Of a DNA stretch of 64,000 bases, positions 36,865 to 49,500 are shown piece by piece (positions within the stretch are counted from its first letter, which is position 1; each line of letters begins with the position of its first letter). The stretch comes from Vicugna vicugna (Eukaryota), in NCBI GenBank assembly GCA_013265495.1, contig MU058824.1, positions 620,001 through 684,000 of the forward strand, read 5' to 3'. Under the pieces are notes generated by a model. It ran no database searches and had not been told where the DNA came from. It worked only from the letters and a program-made list of their open reading frames with translations. The position numbers and the translations under genes were made by a program.

Positions 36865-37810
36865 AGTTGGTTACAACCCAGGCTTCTGTCCTAGGGACTC
36901 CTCTTTTTTATTCTGCACGCTCCCCTAGATCACCTTATCTAATTGCTCGACTTCAGTTGCCACCTTTCTGCTCATACTTCGAATCTCTTTCTCTAGCTCA
37001 GGCCTCTGTCCCAGATGACAGACATACAACTTTGCCTCCTGGACAGCTTCTTCTGAACCTACCACAGGAAAAATATGATGTCCTAAACTGGGCTCATTAT
37101 TGCCCCCTTACAAACTTTCTCCCTCTGTATTCTTAATCTTGGGTTGTGATACCAACATATATTTGTCTGGGAACTTGATAATATTACTAGGCTCTGCCCT
37201 TTCCCTTATTCCAAAAATTCAAATCTTATTATTTCTTTGATGAAATACTTACAGAATATCTCAATTTAGATGTTTCATTATTTACCTCAGGAATTACTAT
37301 AATACTCACTATAATGATTCTCCTTAGCTTCTGGTACAGATCTCCTCAATTCATCTCCTCAATGCTTTCAGCATGACTTTTATAAAATGTGAAAACTACA
37401 CACATGATTATTTTTTCTTCCCCCCTCACCCATTCCCAGCTTAAAAAAATCTTCAGAGTCGTCCCATGTTTTCAGAATGATCTAACTTGTTAACATGAAC
37501 TATAAAACCCTTTATGATTTGAGCTCTGCCAACTTTTCTTACTGCATCTCTCACCACTCCCCCATTTGTATTCTCCATTCTTCTTATAGTGAACTAATTG
37601 GCATTCTCATGCTTGTTCAGACCCGTTTTTGTACAGTCGTCCATTATCTGCAATTCCTTTACCTGCCTCACCCCCTTGGTGAACTCATGGCATTTTTCTC
37701 AATCTCCTCCCTAGAGAGAGAGTTTAGTTTTTCTTTTTCTTTGCATCTATGCATCCTGTGTTACTTATGTAATTATGTACTTATTACTTATTTAATGAAC
37801 ATTTATTGAG
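36865..37810 (+). mobile_element. L2 fragment
   Basis: 'ccaggcttctgtcctagggactcctc' (PQGSVLGP-like RT motif), 'aatctctttctctagctcaggcctct'. Confidence 0.7.
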
Positions 37811-38539
37811 GATTTACAATACAGGAGAAATACATGAATAGTTTTGTTTTGGATAAAAATTTAGTCTAACTACTTCAGAGTGGGATAAATTACTAAGTTT
37901 TAGCCAAAAGACAACCCAATGCCTATTTTGTTCAATTATTCCTGCATTTTCCCTCTAAATTGTTTATGATATGTTGAATAAATGCATATTATGATATGAT
38001 ATGGGGAATAAATGCAACCATCTTTAAGGTAGTTACTTTTGTTTTAAGCAAATAGTGAATTTTAAAGTTGTGACTAACTTCCACCCTTTTACTTATAATA
38101 TTGTCAGAACGTGAGAGGTTGAGCTTATTAGACTAGACAAAATCTTGTGTGGCATTTTGGCATATAGTTGGGGAGAAGACGCTTATCAATAGACTGGAGA
38201 TGGTTGGATTAAGGGATTGGATTTGGTCTGTATTACACTGGGTGTTTTGTTAGGTATGGGGCACGAGGGGGCTGGAACATTTTAGGGCTGGTACTACATA
38301 TCTAAAAGATCTTATCTAGAAGAAGGCAGTGGAAAGAAATCTGGATCCACACAAATAAGCTTTTGCTCTCTCATCATCCCATGTTAAGTGTTTTCCCTCA
38401 ATCTTTCTCTTCCTTTCAGCCTCTTTCTCTTCCTTCACCTAAATAAGGTATTTTGGGGGCTCAGGTTATACTACTTGTAGTGAATCTCTATTATTTTGTC
38501 TTCCCTTTTATTCTGGAAACATGACCCACGCTTTCAGCG

Positions 38540-38975
38540 AACTGTTCTTTCTTGCCCTCTAAGTGGTTGACTTGACTGTGAGCTGCCATGTTCTTACAGA
38601 CCTTGCACTTGGTCACAGTTGATGGCTGATGGGTGGTCAGCAACTCATCATGTGGTTTTGAACTAGGGACTAGTGAAAGCACGGTCTGTTCTTCTCTGGC
38701 AGTAAAACTGAGATGAAGTATGGTAGCTGCTGGCAGCCACTTTCCTACTCATGCTTGCAGCTAGTTTAAAAGAATAAAATAGACTTTGATGAGACAGAAA
38801 ATCCTGGTGGGACTCAGATTTCTGGTTGCATAGTTGCTTATATTCTAGCCTCTGTCTTTGCGGTCCAGCCCTAGTCCTGCCCTTCTTGTAGCACCCAAGC
38901 CAATGCATTCCTCCTTTTGCTTAATCTAATTCAAGCTGGGTTTCTGTTACCTTGCAACCTAAAGAGTTACAACCA
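38540..38975 (+). mobile_element. Ancient MaLR/ERVL LTR (MLT1J/K-like)
   Basis: 3' end 'ccaatgcattcctccttttgcttaatctaattcaagctgggtttctgttaccttgcaacc'. Confidence 0.6.
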
Positions 38976-39669
38976 CTCTACTTTTCTCACCTCTTCCTCT
39001 ATACAATCTGTTCCATGCATTTTATTAATATTATTTTATCAATATTCTTATACTATTAGATGACCTGTGTAGATAACACTTCTGGTAAGTGTATACTAGG
39101 TGGTCAAAGTTAGTGATGTCATTAGAAAATCAGGCAGAACAAGTGAGATGACTTAAAAATAGCTGGAAGACTAGTCAGGAGACCTGTTTCACATCTAAGT
39201 CTGGTCAAAATTTGTTCTCTAGAAGACAGGAGACCAGAATAATCTTGTCTAGAAAAGAGTGGAAAGATCTAGGGTTTGAACTCTGAAGTTCAGAGAACCT
39301 AGAGGAAAAAAAGATTGTCAGAAGATTACAAGCACTGATTTAGAATGTGGGGAAGTAGTGTGTATTGTTTTATAGAATTATTTATATAGCCAAAGGAGTT
39401 TAACATTTGCCTAGGAATTCAACATTTGTATATACCTACAGCTTAGATTCTGTATCTAAGGTTCAATATGAAGAGGAGTTTTTAATTTGTCTGTGTTTTG
39501 AAAGAATCTGGTGAAAAATTAGGTTTTAGTTTTGTTAATGGGAGATTAAATTTTTAAAAAATTATTTTGGTACTAATATAACAACAGAAAATGTGACTTG
39601 GGGCAGCACAGTTCAAGTATCCTGCTTTATGGACTTGAAACAGTTCTTTTAACTTGGATCTTATTAAAG

Positions 39670-40830
39670 ACATCATAATAATAAAAAGAAAAGCAACCTA
39701 ATAAAATAAGCAAAAGATTTGAACAGATACTTCACAAAGGAAAATGTACAAATGGCCAATAATGAGAACATGAAAATGTGCTCGACATCATTAGCCATCA
39801 GGGAAATGCAATTTAAAACCACAATGAGCTAACATTTAATACCCACTAGAATGAATAAAGTTTAAAAGTCTTCTATCACCAAATGTTGGAAAGGATGTGG
39901 AGCAACCAGAACACTTTCGTTGTTGGTAGGTTGGCATGTGAAATGGTTTAACCACTTTGGAAAATAGTCTGGAACTTCCTTAAATACTTAAGCATACAAC
40001 TTCTTTATGACCCAGAAATTGCAGTCTTAGGTATTTACCCATGAAAAATGAAAAATATGACCAAAAAACACTTGCACAAGAATAATGCACAGCATTGTTC
40101 ATAATAAATAAAAACTTAGAAGAGCCTAGAAGTCCATCTGCAAGAGAATGGACAGAGACACTATGGTATATTCAAACAATGAGTACTACTCAGCAACAAA
40201 AATGACTAATTCACAACATTAAAAAATCTAAAAAAATCCCCCCCAAACCCCCAAAACTATACTGGGTGAAAGAAGTATAAAAAAGGCTAAATGTATTATG
40301 ATTCCATCCGTGTGAGATCCTCAAACAAGCAAAATTAATATATGCTGAAAAAAAATCAGAACAGTGGTCACCTCTGGGGGAGTGTGGGCTGGAATCGACG
40401 AGGAAAGGACAAGACGGAACCTTCTGGGTTAATAGTAAATAATATTCTATGACTTTTAGGGGGTGGGTGACACAGGTATGTGTTTGTTAAACTCATAAAC
40501 TATGACAATATTTTTGCATTTCACTGTACATCTTAAAAAGATCTGTAAACAAATATTAAAACTAGTTCATGACATATGTGCAAAAGTGTTTTGAGGAAAG
40601 TGTCCTGATATTGCAAGTTACATTGAAATGCATTAAAAAACAAGATAGAATGATGGATGGGTAGAAGGATACATATATGGATAGATATGTGATAAAGAAA
40701 ATATGGCAAAATATAAATTATGAAATCTAGTTGGTAGGTGTATAGTTGTTCACTGTAGAGTTTTTTCAAGTTTTCTCAGTTTAAAAGTTTTCATAATAAG
40801 ATACTGGAAAAAATAGCAAAATGGAAAAAA
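39670..40830 (+). mobile_element. L1MC/MD 3' region
   Basis: 'aaagatttgaacagatacttcacaaagg', 'catcagggaaatgcaatttaaaaccacaatgag', end 'ttttcataataagatactggaaaaaa'. Confidence 0.88.
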
Positions 40831-41114
40831 GGACATCAGATGATTAGTGAGAACTGATGATATATTACTAAATGGATTATGTATAGTTCATTTAAAAAAA
40901 GCTTAAACATAGGTATATTACTACCGCATAATAAATTACAAATAATAGGCATACCTAATTTAGGGCCGTCTCAAACAGTGCTGATTTGAAATAGTGATGA
41001 TTACCTTAGAAATATTTTTGTATTAAAATACACATGTATTCATTAATACATATAAACTCATTTAATCTGAAAATTAAATAGTACGCTAACAAATGTAATT
41101 TAGATAATGAAGTA

Positions 41115-41626
41115 TGTGTTGTCCAAGGTCTGTTTGCTCTCTGATCCATTCCTCGTCCTCCCCTGGATCTGCACTGTGTCATGGGGGGCCTGACCCTGCA
41201 GGCTCCTTTTTCAGGCTCCTCGGTCAGCTGGGGTAGAGAGGTTACGCGTGGAAGGCACTGGTGGGGGATTGGAGAGCAGGGGGAAAGGAGAACCAAGGGT
41301 ATTTCTCCCCATCTCTGCCATGGGCGGCATCTTCAGCAGTAGCTGCATCTAGTCTGTGACTCCAGCTCTCATCAGAGATGTCTCCATGGTCCCAGTTTCC
41401 CCAGGGGATTCCTATACCCTGGGGTCCTGTATCACCACCTCTTCCTTTTGTCCCTGCAGCCCAGGGATGTGTGGCTTTCTGTCGTTGTTAAACTCTATGT
41501 TGCTTCACTGTCCTCTCTTTGGCTTATTGCTTTTCTGTCACTTGTGTAACCAATGCTCTGCATTGCATTCCCTCTCCTCTGAATGCTTAGAGTAATTCTG
41601 CTTTCTGATTGAGCCCTGTCCGATAT
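41115..41626 (+). mobile_element. LTR16-like ERVL solo LTR
   Basis: 'ggaaggcactggtgggggattggag', 'agggtatttctcccc', end 'ttctgctttctgattgagccctg'. Confidence 0.75.
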
Positions 41627-41880
41627 ATGTAATATTAATGGGAGGGATCATGGATGGAACATTTTTGTTCCTTAAACTGAGGATGGCTATTTTCTGAAAG
41701 AAGGTAACAAAGATTCAGAGGCTGAAGTTTGTCTGGGAGTTGTGGACATGTGGCAAGGGGATGAGCCTGAGATTTCCTGGCCCTGAAATGAATGGGTTCA
41801 GGGCAAGGACACCCGGGCGACAGAGTGCAATGGAAAAAAATGTATATACCTTCATTACAGCACTGAACACTCTGGTAATA

Positions 41881-42222
41881 CAGTTGTCCCTTGGTATCAA
41901 GAGGGATTGGTTCCAGGTCCCCTCACAGATACCAAAATCCATGGACGCTCAAGTCCCTTATAGAAAATGGTGTAGTATTTGCATATAACTTGTTCATATC
42001 CTCCAATATACTTTAAACTGTTTCTGGGTTACTTATAATACCTAATACAATGTCAGTGCTGTGTGAATTGTTATAAATACAATGTCAATGCTATGTAAAT
42101 AGTTGCTGATGAGCAGCAAATTGAAGTTTTGCTTTTTGGAACTTTCTGGAATTTTTTGAGTCAAGTATTTTTGATCCAAATTTGGTTGTATCTGCGGATG
42201 CGAAGCTTGCGTATGGCTGACA
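41881..42222 (+). mobile_element. MER2 (TcMar-Tigger MITE)
   Basis: TA|cagttgtcccttggtatc...'gataccaaaatccatggacgctcaagtcccttata'...'ttttgctttttggaactttctgg'. Confidence 0.9.
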
Positions 42223-42559
42223 GCGTGGTTCTTTTAATTTGGATCGAGTGGAATAGATTGAGATCCATCAAAAGCACATCGTCAATCAGAGCTGGTGACT
42301 CATAACCTTGTCTACCTGCTCTATTATGATTTCCCTTGCCAACATTGTTTCATTCTGGTAAATAGATTTGGTCCGTAAAAGCTGATAAAGATGTGCAAGT
42401 AGAAGTGTTGGAGATGCCACAGGAGGATTATGCTGGATGTGTAAAATGCTAATTTTCTGTCGTGGCTGGTCTGATCAACGAAATGCATGGTATAAACCAT
42501 CAGTCCCATAGGGCTGGCTAGAAGTCCTCTCGAAGGGAGGTGGTGAAGAGGACAGGTTC

Positions 42560-42790
42560 TGTAGCCAGCCTGCCTGGTTCCAGCCTTGGCCCTGCTGCTT
42601 TCCTGTTGTGTGTCCTTGGGCAAGTGAAGTTACCTCTCTGCCTCACTTTCTTGCCCCATTAAATGAGTGTGATCATAGTGCCTACTTCATCTGGTTTTTC
42701 TGAGAATAAAATGACTTAATACATGTAAAGCTCTTGGCATAGCTCTGGGCACTTAGTAAGAACTCAGTAAACGTAACCATCATCATTATC
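42560..42790 (+). mobile_element. MIR
   Basis: 'tgtgtgtccttgggcaagtgaagttacctctctgcctcac...atgtaaagctcttggc'. Confidence 0.85.
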
Positions 42791-43179
42791 ATCATGAAGG
42801 GCTTCAGGAGCATCACTGCAGCCAAGGAGGAAGTAATGAACACATGTCTGAATAGGTGTGGTAAGAAATTATGGCCACAAGCATGTCATAAGTTCAGGGA
42901 CTTTGAAGGGAATGAAACCATAATTGCCAGTCTCTGACGTAGGAAATGTACCTTCATGCAACCCCTACAGTAATGTCCCTCCTTAGTGCAGATACAAATC
43001 ATGCTCCTTTTCCTGGGAACGCACTCCACTTCCTAAACAGGGTTAAACTGGAGGTCACTAATAGATTTTGGAGACCCCTTTAGCTGGAAGTCCAGTCCTA
43101 ATCTAATTCTATATCCTGTTCTCAGATTGTAATTTTGTAGTAAATACATATCTTTTTATTGTGGACACCTAGCATTCAA

Positions 43180-43715
43180 ATTCACTTTCTGTGTTTGTGG
43201 AATCTTGCATAGACTTGGGGAGAAGCAGGGCCCAGAGGCCAAAAAAGTCAGTTATATTTTTCTCCCTTGCAGCTTGAGTTTAGGCTGGCTAATTTCAGCC
43301 ACAGAGTCTCCTCCCCAAGAATTTGAATCTGTGGTACGTTACCTAAAGAAGCAGGGACAGTTTAGGGTTTCTTGTGCTGGTGGTGGTGGGTGGCGGCTGT
43401 GGCATTCAGCGTCCTGTGGTGGCTGTGTCAGCAGCGTAGCAGAGCTCCCTAAGCTGTAGGTGGTGGCAGTCCAGCTGTGCCACCCAAAGTGGTGAAGGCT
43501 GAGCACCTAACCAGGCTGTTCCTGGCATGTGGCCAGCCTTGTCAGTGGTTTTGGTTGCCTCTATTTTCCTGATTTCTGCCCTTATTTTAAGCCTAGTTCT
43601 TCAGTCTTTGTGTTGATTCAGTGAATTACCAAGTAGCTTTTAATCAATTCTCTCTTTTTTTTTTTCAGTAGCCAGGGTCAGTCATTGTTTGCAACATAAA
43701 ATCCTGCATAATGCA
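43180..43715 (+). mobile_element. LTR33-like ERVL LTR
   Basis: GGT-rich middle and 3' end 'aatcaattctctc...tagccagggtcagtcattgtttgcaac'. Confidence 0.55.
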
Positions 43716-44119
43716 CTGGTTTTCTGTGAGCCACTGATCCTGGTCTACACCTGCAACTACAATGACTCTTTATGTCAGAGCCAACGTACTGATTGTAGGA
43801 AAGTCTAAACCTGATCTGTTGCCATCCTTTAAATTTCAATTTTTGAAGTATAGGCAAAATCAACTTTGTTTCTTGTCAGAAATTTGCCATATTACTACAA
43901 TACACATTATATTCATCCAACTCATTTCAGTTTACCAAATACCTACTGAACATTAACCTTGTGCTAAGCGATGGTTAGGCTATGGAGACACAGTTAAATA
44001 AGACACGGTCCCTCCTACATATATGTAGAAATCTGGGTCATTAATGTGTTCTAGCATGGTGAGATTTGGGCAAACTAACTCAGCTACATTCAAACGGGGG
44101 AAAAATGGTAGGAGCAAGG

Positions 44120-44370
44120 CAGTGTAACATGGTGTTAAAATTCTGATATGGAAATCTGACCAGCCTTTGTTCATCTCTGGGCTCTTATTTGCTGTGTTGA
44201 ATAGGACAAATTACTTAACCTATCTAAACCTCAGTCTATTTCTCTGTAAAGTGGAGATAATAATACCTAGAATCTCATATTATTTTTCAAGTTTAAATGA
44301 GACAATGGAATAAAGTGATTGGCATTATGCTTGGCACATGATGAAGTGCTTAGTGAAATGGTAGCCACAT
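44120..44370 (+). mobile_element. MIR
   Basis: 'aaattacttaacctatctaaacctcag...ctgtaaagtggagataataatacc'. Confidence 0.8.
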
Positions 44371-44399
44371 TTCACTTGCTGGAAGAGACATCCTGGAGA

Positions 44400-45390
44400 G
44401 ATTGTGTAATTACTAGGTTAAGTACAACTCTTAAGAGCATAAATCTGCCTTGACTATATTAGTTCCATAATCTCCTTGACCATTAGTCCTTCTTTTCTAA
44501 TTGAGTTATATTATATTATTCTTAACACCAGCAGTCAGAAATGTATATTTTCTTTCAGCATGGATAAACTTGTTTTGAATAGAAGTAGACAATGTCTTCT
44601 GCCTGTTTTTCTCTACTTGATGGTCTTTAGCAGCATTTTAATAAGAATCTTTGGCTGTAGAGTCATGTTGAGGCAGTGTTCTTCAAGGGAATTTCTGTGT
44701 CTTTTCTCTGGACTGGTGTCCTGATTTAGGCATGAAAGTACTTTTTCTCCTCAATTGCGTGAATATGTACTTTACATGTATTGAAACCTGTTTGCCCCTT
44801 TCCTGCTCACTCACGGGCATTTGCTACTATTTGAGTTAGTAGATCTGACTTGTATATTTCTTAAGACATTGATGATGCATGAATCTCCCCTCTAGCATTT
44901 TTTTCCACATGAAGACCAAGAAAAATGATTCATTTACCCAATTTGCTGTCTGATCTTTTTCCCTGAGTGTACCTCTTTTAGACCCTGATCATTAAATGGC
45001 TATTTAGATTCTTCAGTCCACTTTTTAAAAATGTGTTGTAAAAAGTTTTTTACTGCCTTTGGAGTCCTTTTCAAAGTATTTCTCAAATTATATTTGGTCT
45101 AGTTTTCAGTTTATAGCTAACCTGCTATGTTTTGTGGGTTTCCTTATTTTCTTTAAATGGGCTCATTTTCTATCATTAAAAACTGATTTTTTAAAAAACC
45201 CCTGTAATTGTTGATGTGGCCATCAGTCAGACAGGTGGGATTTTTGTTGGTCAGTTTGTTTATTCTTGGAAGAGTTTTTAATTAAAAAAAATTTTTTTTG
45301 GCATACTCCCTTCTCCATCTTACATTCAACTTTAGTTTTAACTTCTGATGAGGTGTTTGAAAATAGTCTCCAGGCTTCTATTTTCACTTT
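44400..45390 (-). mobile_element. Ancient CR1-clade LINE ORF2 fossil (linker to RT N-terminus)
   Basis: Minus-strand peptides in CR1 order: IEAWRLFSNT, KENKETHKT*QVSYKLKTR, FEKYFEKDSKGSKKLF, PFNDQGLKEV/LREKDQTANWVNESFFLVF, and a QHGF...KSC.TNL-like remnant. Confidence 0.75.
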
Positions 45391-45469
45391 TCATTCACTT
45401 CTCTCCTCACTCCAACATCTGCGTTAGCTAATGTTGAAATCAATGGAAATGATACCAAATGAGGGGTTA

Positions 45470-45690
45470 TAGACTGAAGTTCTAAGTGCTGGGACAGCTT
45501 CAAAGTTATCGTGTGACTTTGGTTAGGTCATTTGACCTCTAATTTCCTCATCTGTGAAACGAGAGGAGTTTATTCGTTTATTCAGCATGTACTTATTAGG
45601 CACATATTATGTGGTAGACACTGTGCCAGGTGCCAGAAAACCTGCAATGAACAAAAGTGCCTCCCCTCATGGAAGGTACAGTCTAGTGCT
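45470..45690. mobile_element. MIR fragment (+) abutting an L2 3' end (-)
   Basis: 'tttcctcatctgtgaaac' then 'ttattcagcatgtacttattaggcac...cactgtgccaggtgc'. Confidence 0.7.
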
Positions 45691-47069
45691 GTTAAATTGA
45701 ATAAACTCCAAGGCTTTTTTGAATTTATAGCACTGTGTATGTAATGGTACTTCTGCTTGGTTCCAGTTCTCTTTCGAATAGAATAGGAGAAAATATGATA
45801 TGTGTGAAGTCTGTTTTTGGCTTTTGGACATTCCTTTGACTTAAAATAAATACCCTGCAATTAGTCTGACAGAGTGTTCTGGGGAAACGAGTGTGAGACA
45901 TTCTATCTAGAAAAGAGTCAGGTCAAAAGCTGCATACTACATCCCCCTCTTAAAGTGAATTTTAAAAACACTTTTGGAAATGCACTTTAGATCTGTTTTC
46001 TGAAGCACATTAAGAAAAAAAAAAAGAATTACTGGAATAATGACCACTGACCTTTATTTAATGTGGGAGTCAGTATCAGTCAAAAAGGAAATGAAAGTTT
46101 TCTTGGTTGCTGCCAAAATGAAAATACATATTGAATTATAAAATTGTATCCAGCTATAGACTACAAAACTCTATACTGGGAATCAGTAATAATAATAAAC
46201 AATAATAGTAACAAATATAAATTTTATTATTTAGCTGACAATATAGTATGTGACATATGCCTTGGAAAAATAATGGTAAACTTAAACTTACTTGCCAATA
46301 GGTTATTAGTGTTACAGGAATTATCACAATAGGAGTCCTTTAAAGAATATTTAAGCCAAGTCTTCTCTCCTTTCCCTTCTTATCCCATTTAATTTAAAGT
46401 GGTCTATTTATGGGATGATATATGCCAGGTAGTCAGAAAATGTTGGAATTATTTTGAGGTAATTTCGGAACTATTATCAGAATGGAGCCATCTGAAAGAA
46501 TTGTTTATAACAGATAATGGCTGTCAGGAAAAATAAAATAGAATGAAAGATATAAGCAAAGTGACAGAAAATAACTGATGAGCTGATGGAAAATCCAGAA
46601 AACATCTTGCATGAAAATTATCTGGTAACAACAGGGTTTTGCTTTATTTTATGGGAAGAATTAAGTAGTAAATGTTAATTTATGTCTGTTTCTCAAATTC
46701 TGTCTTATCCAGGATAATAATTTTTGTTTCAAATCTCAGTTATTACATTTGTGTTTTTTCCTTTTTATGAATTCATCTTAAATTTTCTTAATATAATGGC
46801 TCTAATTTCATTTGTCTCTGATTAATCTAAAAATTTAGGAACTGAATCACAGAATATACATATTTAAACACATACAAAAATAGAAGTCATATCAAAAGAA
46901 AATTAAGAAAATTGGAGATAAAGAGTTATTAAGATTTCAGAGAAGGGAAAGAGCACATCCAAATTGGAGGAAAAGGTAAAAATTTGTGCGTAAGATTTGT
47001 ACTGTCCTTAAAAAAATAGTAAAGTTAGGGCATTCAGAGATGCAAGGAACTAGGTAGAAGGAACAGTAG

Positions 47070-47510
47070 TGCCATATAGTGGAAAGTATATTGGCTTGGA
47101 GTTAACGGAACTTTGGTTCAGTTTTCTCTATTTCCTAGTTTTACCTGTAAAAATCAGGATAATAAGATCAAATCTTGCTACAGGATGGTCGTGAGGTTTA
47201 AATGGTAAAATCAAAGAAAAGTCTTAGCAAAGTTCCTGGCACAAAGAAGGGTAATTGGACAAAGACTCTCCTCCTTTTTTCAAATGAATGTGGAGGACAT
47301 TCGTGGCCAGGCTAAGAAGTTTGCTTAATCCTTGTTCTACCATTTACTAGCTATGTGACCTTGGGCAAGTTATTTAACCTTAGTTTCAGTTTTCTCATCT
47401 CTAAAATGGAGATAATAATAGTACCAATTTCACAGGGTTGAAGGAACAAACAAGTTAGTTCATATAAAGGGCTTATAAAATATGTGACAACTTGTTAACT
47501 GTTATTATTT
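47070..47510 (+). mobile_element. Two MIR copies (~47070-47250 and ~47320-47510)
   Basis: 'catttactagctatgtgaccttgggcaagttatttaacc...catctctaaaatggagataataatagtacc'. Confidence 0.8.
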
Positions 47511-47761
47511 TTCTTTGGCACCAAGAAACAAGTGAAAGTTGTTGAGTCAGGGGATTGGAGAGAGCAACTCAATCTTTTCTTTAGAAAAGTCAGTGTGTTG
47601 GTGGTTTATGAATAGGAGTTGAATGGTAAGGGATTAGGGAGAGACCAAAAGAGGCAGAAGAGTAGTTAGGGGATTAGTAAACACTCCTGATCAGAGACAC
47701 TGAGAGCCCGATGAATAATGGTGGTAGCAGGAATGGAAAGGGGCCAGTTGCTTAGACTAGA

Positions 47762-47926
47762 GATGTACTTTTCAAACTTCATTGTGCACATGAATCACTA
47801 GGGGATCTTGAAAAAAATGTAGGTTCTGGTTCAGTAGGTCTGGGTGGGGTCTGGGATGCTGTATTTATAAAAAGATCCCAGGTGGTGCCAGTGATGCTGG
47901 CTCACGACCACACTGCATAGCAAAGG
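47762..47926 (+). mobile_element. MER5A/B (hAT-Charlie) within an L2 remnant
   Basis: 'ttcaaactt...gaatcactaggggatcttg...ttctggttcagtaggtctggg...cccaggtg'. Confidence 0.8.
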
Positions 47927-48229
47927 TTTTGAGGGCAGGATAGGAGCCCTCAAAAATAGGATTGAACAGTTGACTGGCCATGGGAGGAGGAGACAGAGGG
48001 ATGGTGAGTTTTCAATAGAAGAAGTTATATTGGGAAGAAAAATGATGCACTTAGATTGTCATGCTTTCAGGAGTTTTAGGAGATAGAACAGTGTAATACC
48101 AAAAGGGTGGATTTATTGTCAGAAGACCTGGATTAAATCCTGGCTTCATCAGTTCTTTCATGGTGGTCAGCACCTAAGTGGCAGCTACTGAGTAAAAGTG
48201 AAAGGTACAGACCTTATGGAATTTATGGA

Positions 48230-49500
48230 CTAATCCAGCTCCTCACAAAGCTGATGTAGGGTTTTAACATACACACTTTTCCTCCAGTGTGCAGACTGAT
48301 ACTTCCGATTGTACAGTAATTTGACAGTCCTCTGAACTTTATGTTTTCTAAGTATTCATTAGCTGACATAATTTCAGGGGACGTGAATGCCAGGATTGGC
48401 AGCGGGTCCACCGGAGCTACATCCATCAGAATCTGCAATTGTCAGATTCTTCCTTTTAAGGCACTTCTCCAGGAGTAAACTGTCTGAATCAAAGAGGAAA
48501 ATATCTGGTCAAACTCATTTATAATCATAGTCCAATAAAGGCAGATGGCAGGTTGTGGGGTAATTCTGTGGACTTTCCCTCACTTTTCCAACCAGAGGTA
48601 GCACTACTGATGTTTGAAGAATTAGCTCTGCCGAGTTTATCTACAACCTTGAATTGGGTATTTTAGACTGGTTGGAAGTAAGTATTTTTCCCTTAAACTT
48701 AATCTGAACTTTCAAAATTGTCCTTGCATCTGTTCCTACACATAACCCAATCAGTGAGATTTTAAGGATAAGGTTAAACTGAAGTGAACAAATAAATATA
48801 TATGTTAACAGAGAATTTATGGCATGTAATTTATTCTGGGAATCTTCATGGATAACTTCATAATATTAACAAATTGTGGTTATACTGCTATGTCACTGGA
48901 CTGATCAAGGACAAGTGCTTTTATTTCTTGCTTCATAAAAGAGATCAGAAAGGGAAAAAGGTTCCAGGCCATATTATCAAGATAGCATCTCAAATATAAC
49001 TGAGATCAAGTCATCCAGTGACTCATTAAGTTACAGTTCTTTTAAAAACAACTTGTCCCTTCCAAAAATTGAATTACATAAAAAATTCTGGAATATTTTG
49101 GGCTCGACTACAGGGACACCAACATTGCACATTTGGGGACTTTATCTTCTTTGGTATCACTACCGGATGGAGAAGTTCAGAATCATGGGCATGGGTTGAT
49201 TACTAAGCAGATCATCTCAATTTCTACTTTGTCTCTCTGCATTTTATTGTTCCCAGTATTCTCCATAGTCAGGATGCAGAATCCATTGTTTTCATCAACT
49301 CTTAAAAAATCCAGGCTTTCAAGGCTGAAAAGAGCTCCAGAAGAAAATCTCTGCTGCCAGAATTATTTTGGTTTTACTGGAGTAGTTGGCTGAAGTCCTT
49401 GCCAACCTATTTACCTTAATTAACTCCACAGGTATGGTTTCCTCAAGATGATTTCTAAGCGTAGTTGACTCTAGATTCAAAAAGGGAAACCCTCCATCTC
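48230..49500 (+). mobile_element. Ancient LINE ORF fossil with APE endonuclease and RT N-terminus, probably RTE-X (L4-like)
   Basis: ADIISGDVNARIG (48362-48400), NQRGKYLVKLIYNHSPIKADGRLWGNSVDF (48487-48576), TRGSTTD (48591-48611), KKFWNIL (~49080-49100), AEVLANLFTLINSTGMVSSR*FLSVVDSRFKKGNP (49389-49493). Confidence 0.75.

Noticed and set aside
48374..48483. Apparent minus-strand terminal exon (tattttcctctttgattcag acceptor; SLLLEKCLKRKNLTIADSDG...HVP*), including a 23-bp near-palindrome at 48428-48450
   Set aside because: The + strand is better explained as a LINE endonuclease fossil, and the peptide is unrecognised.
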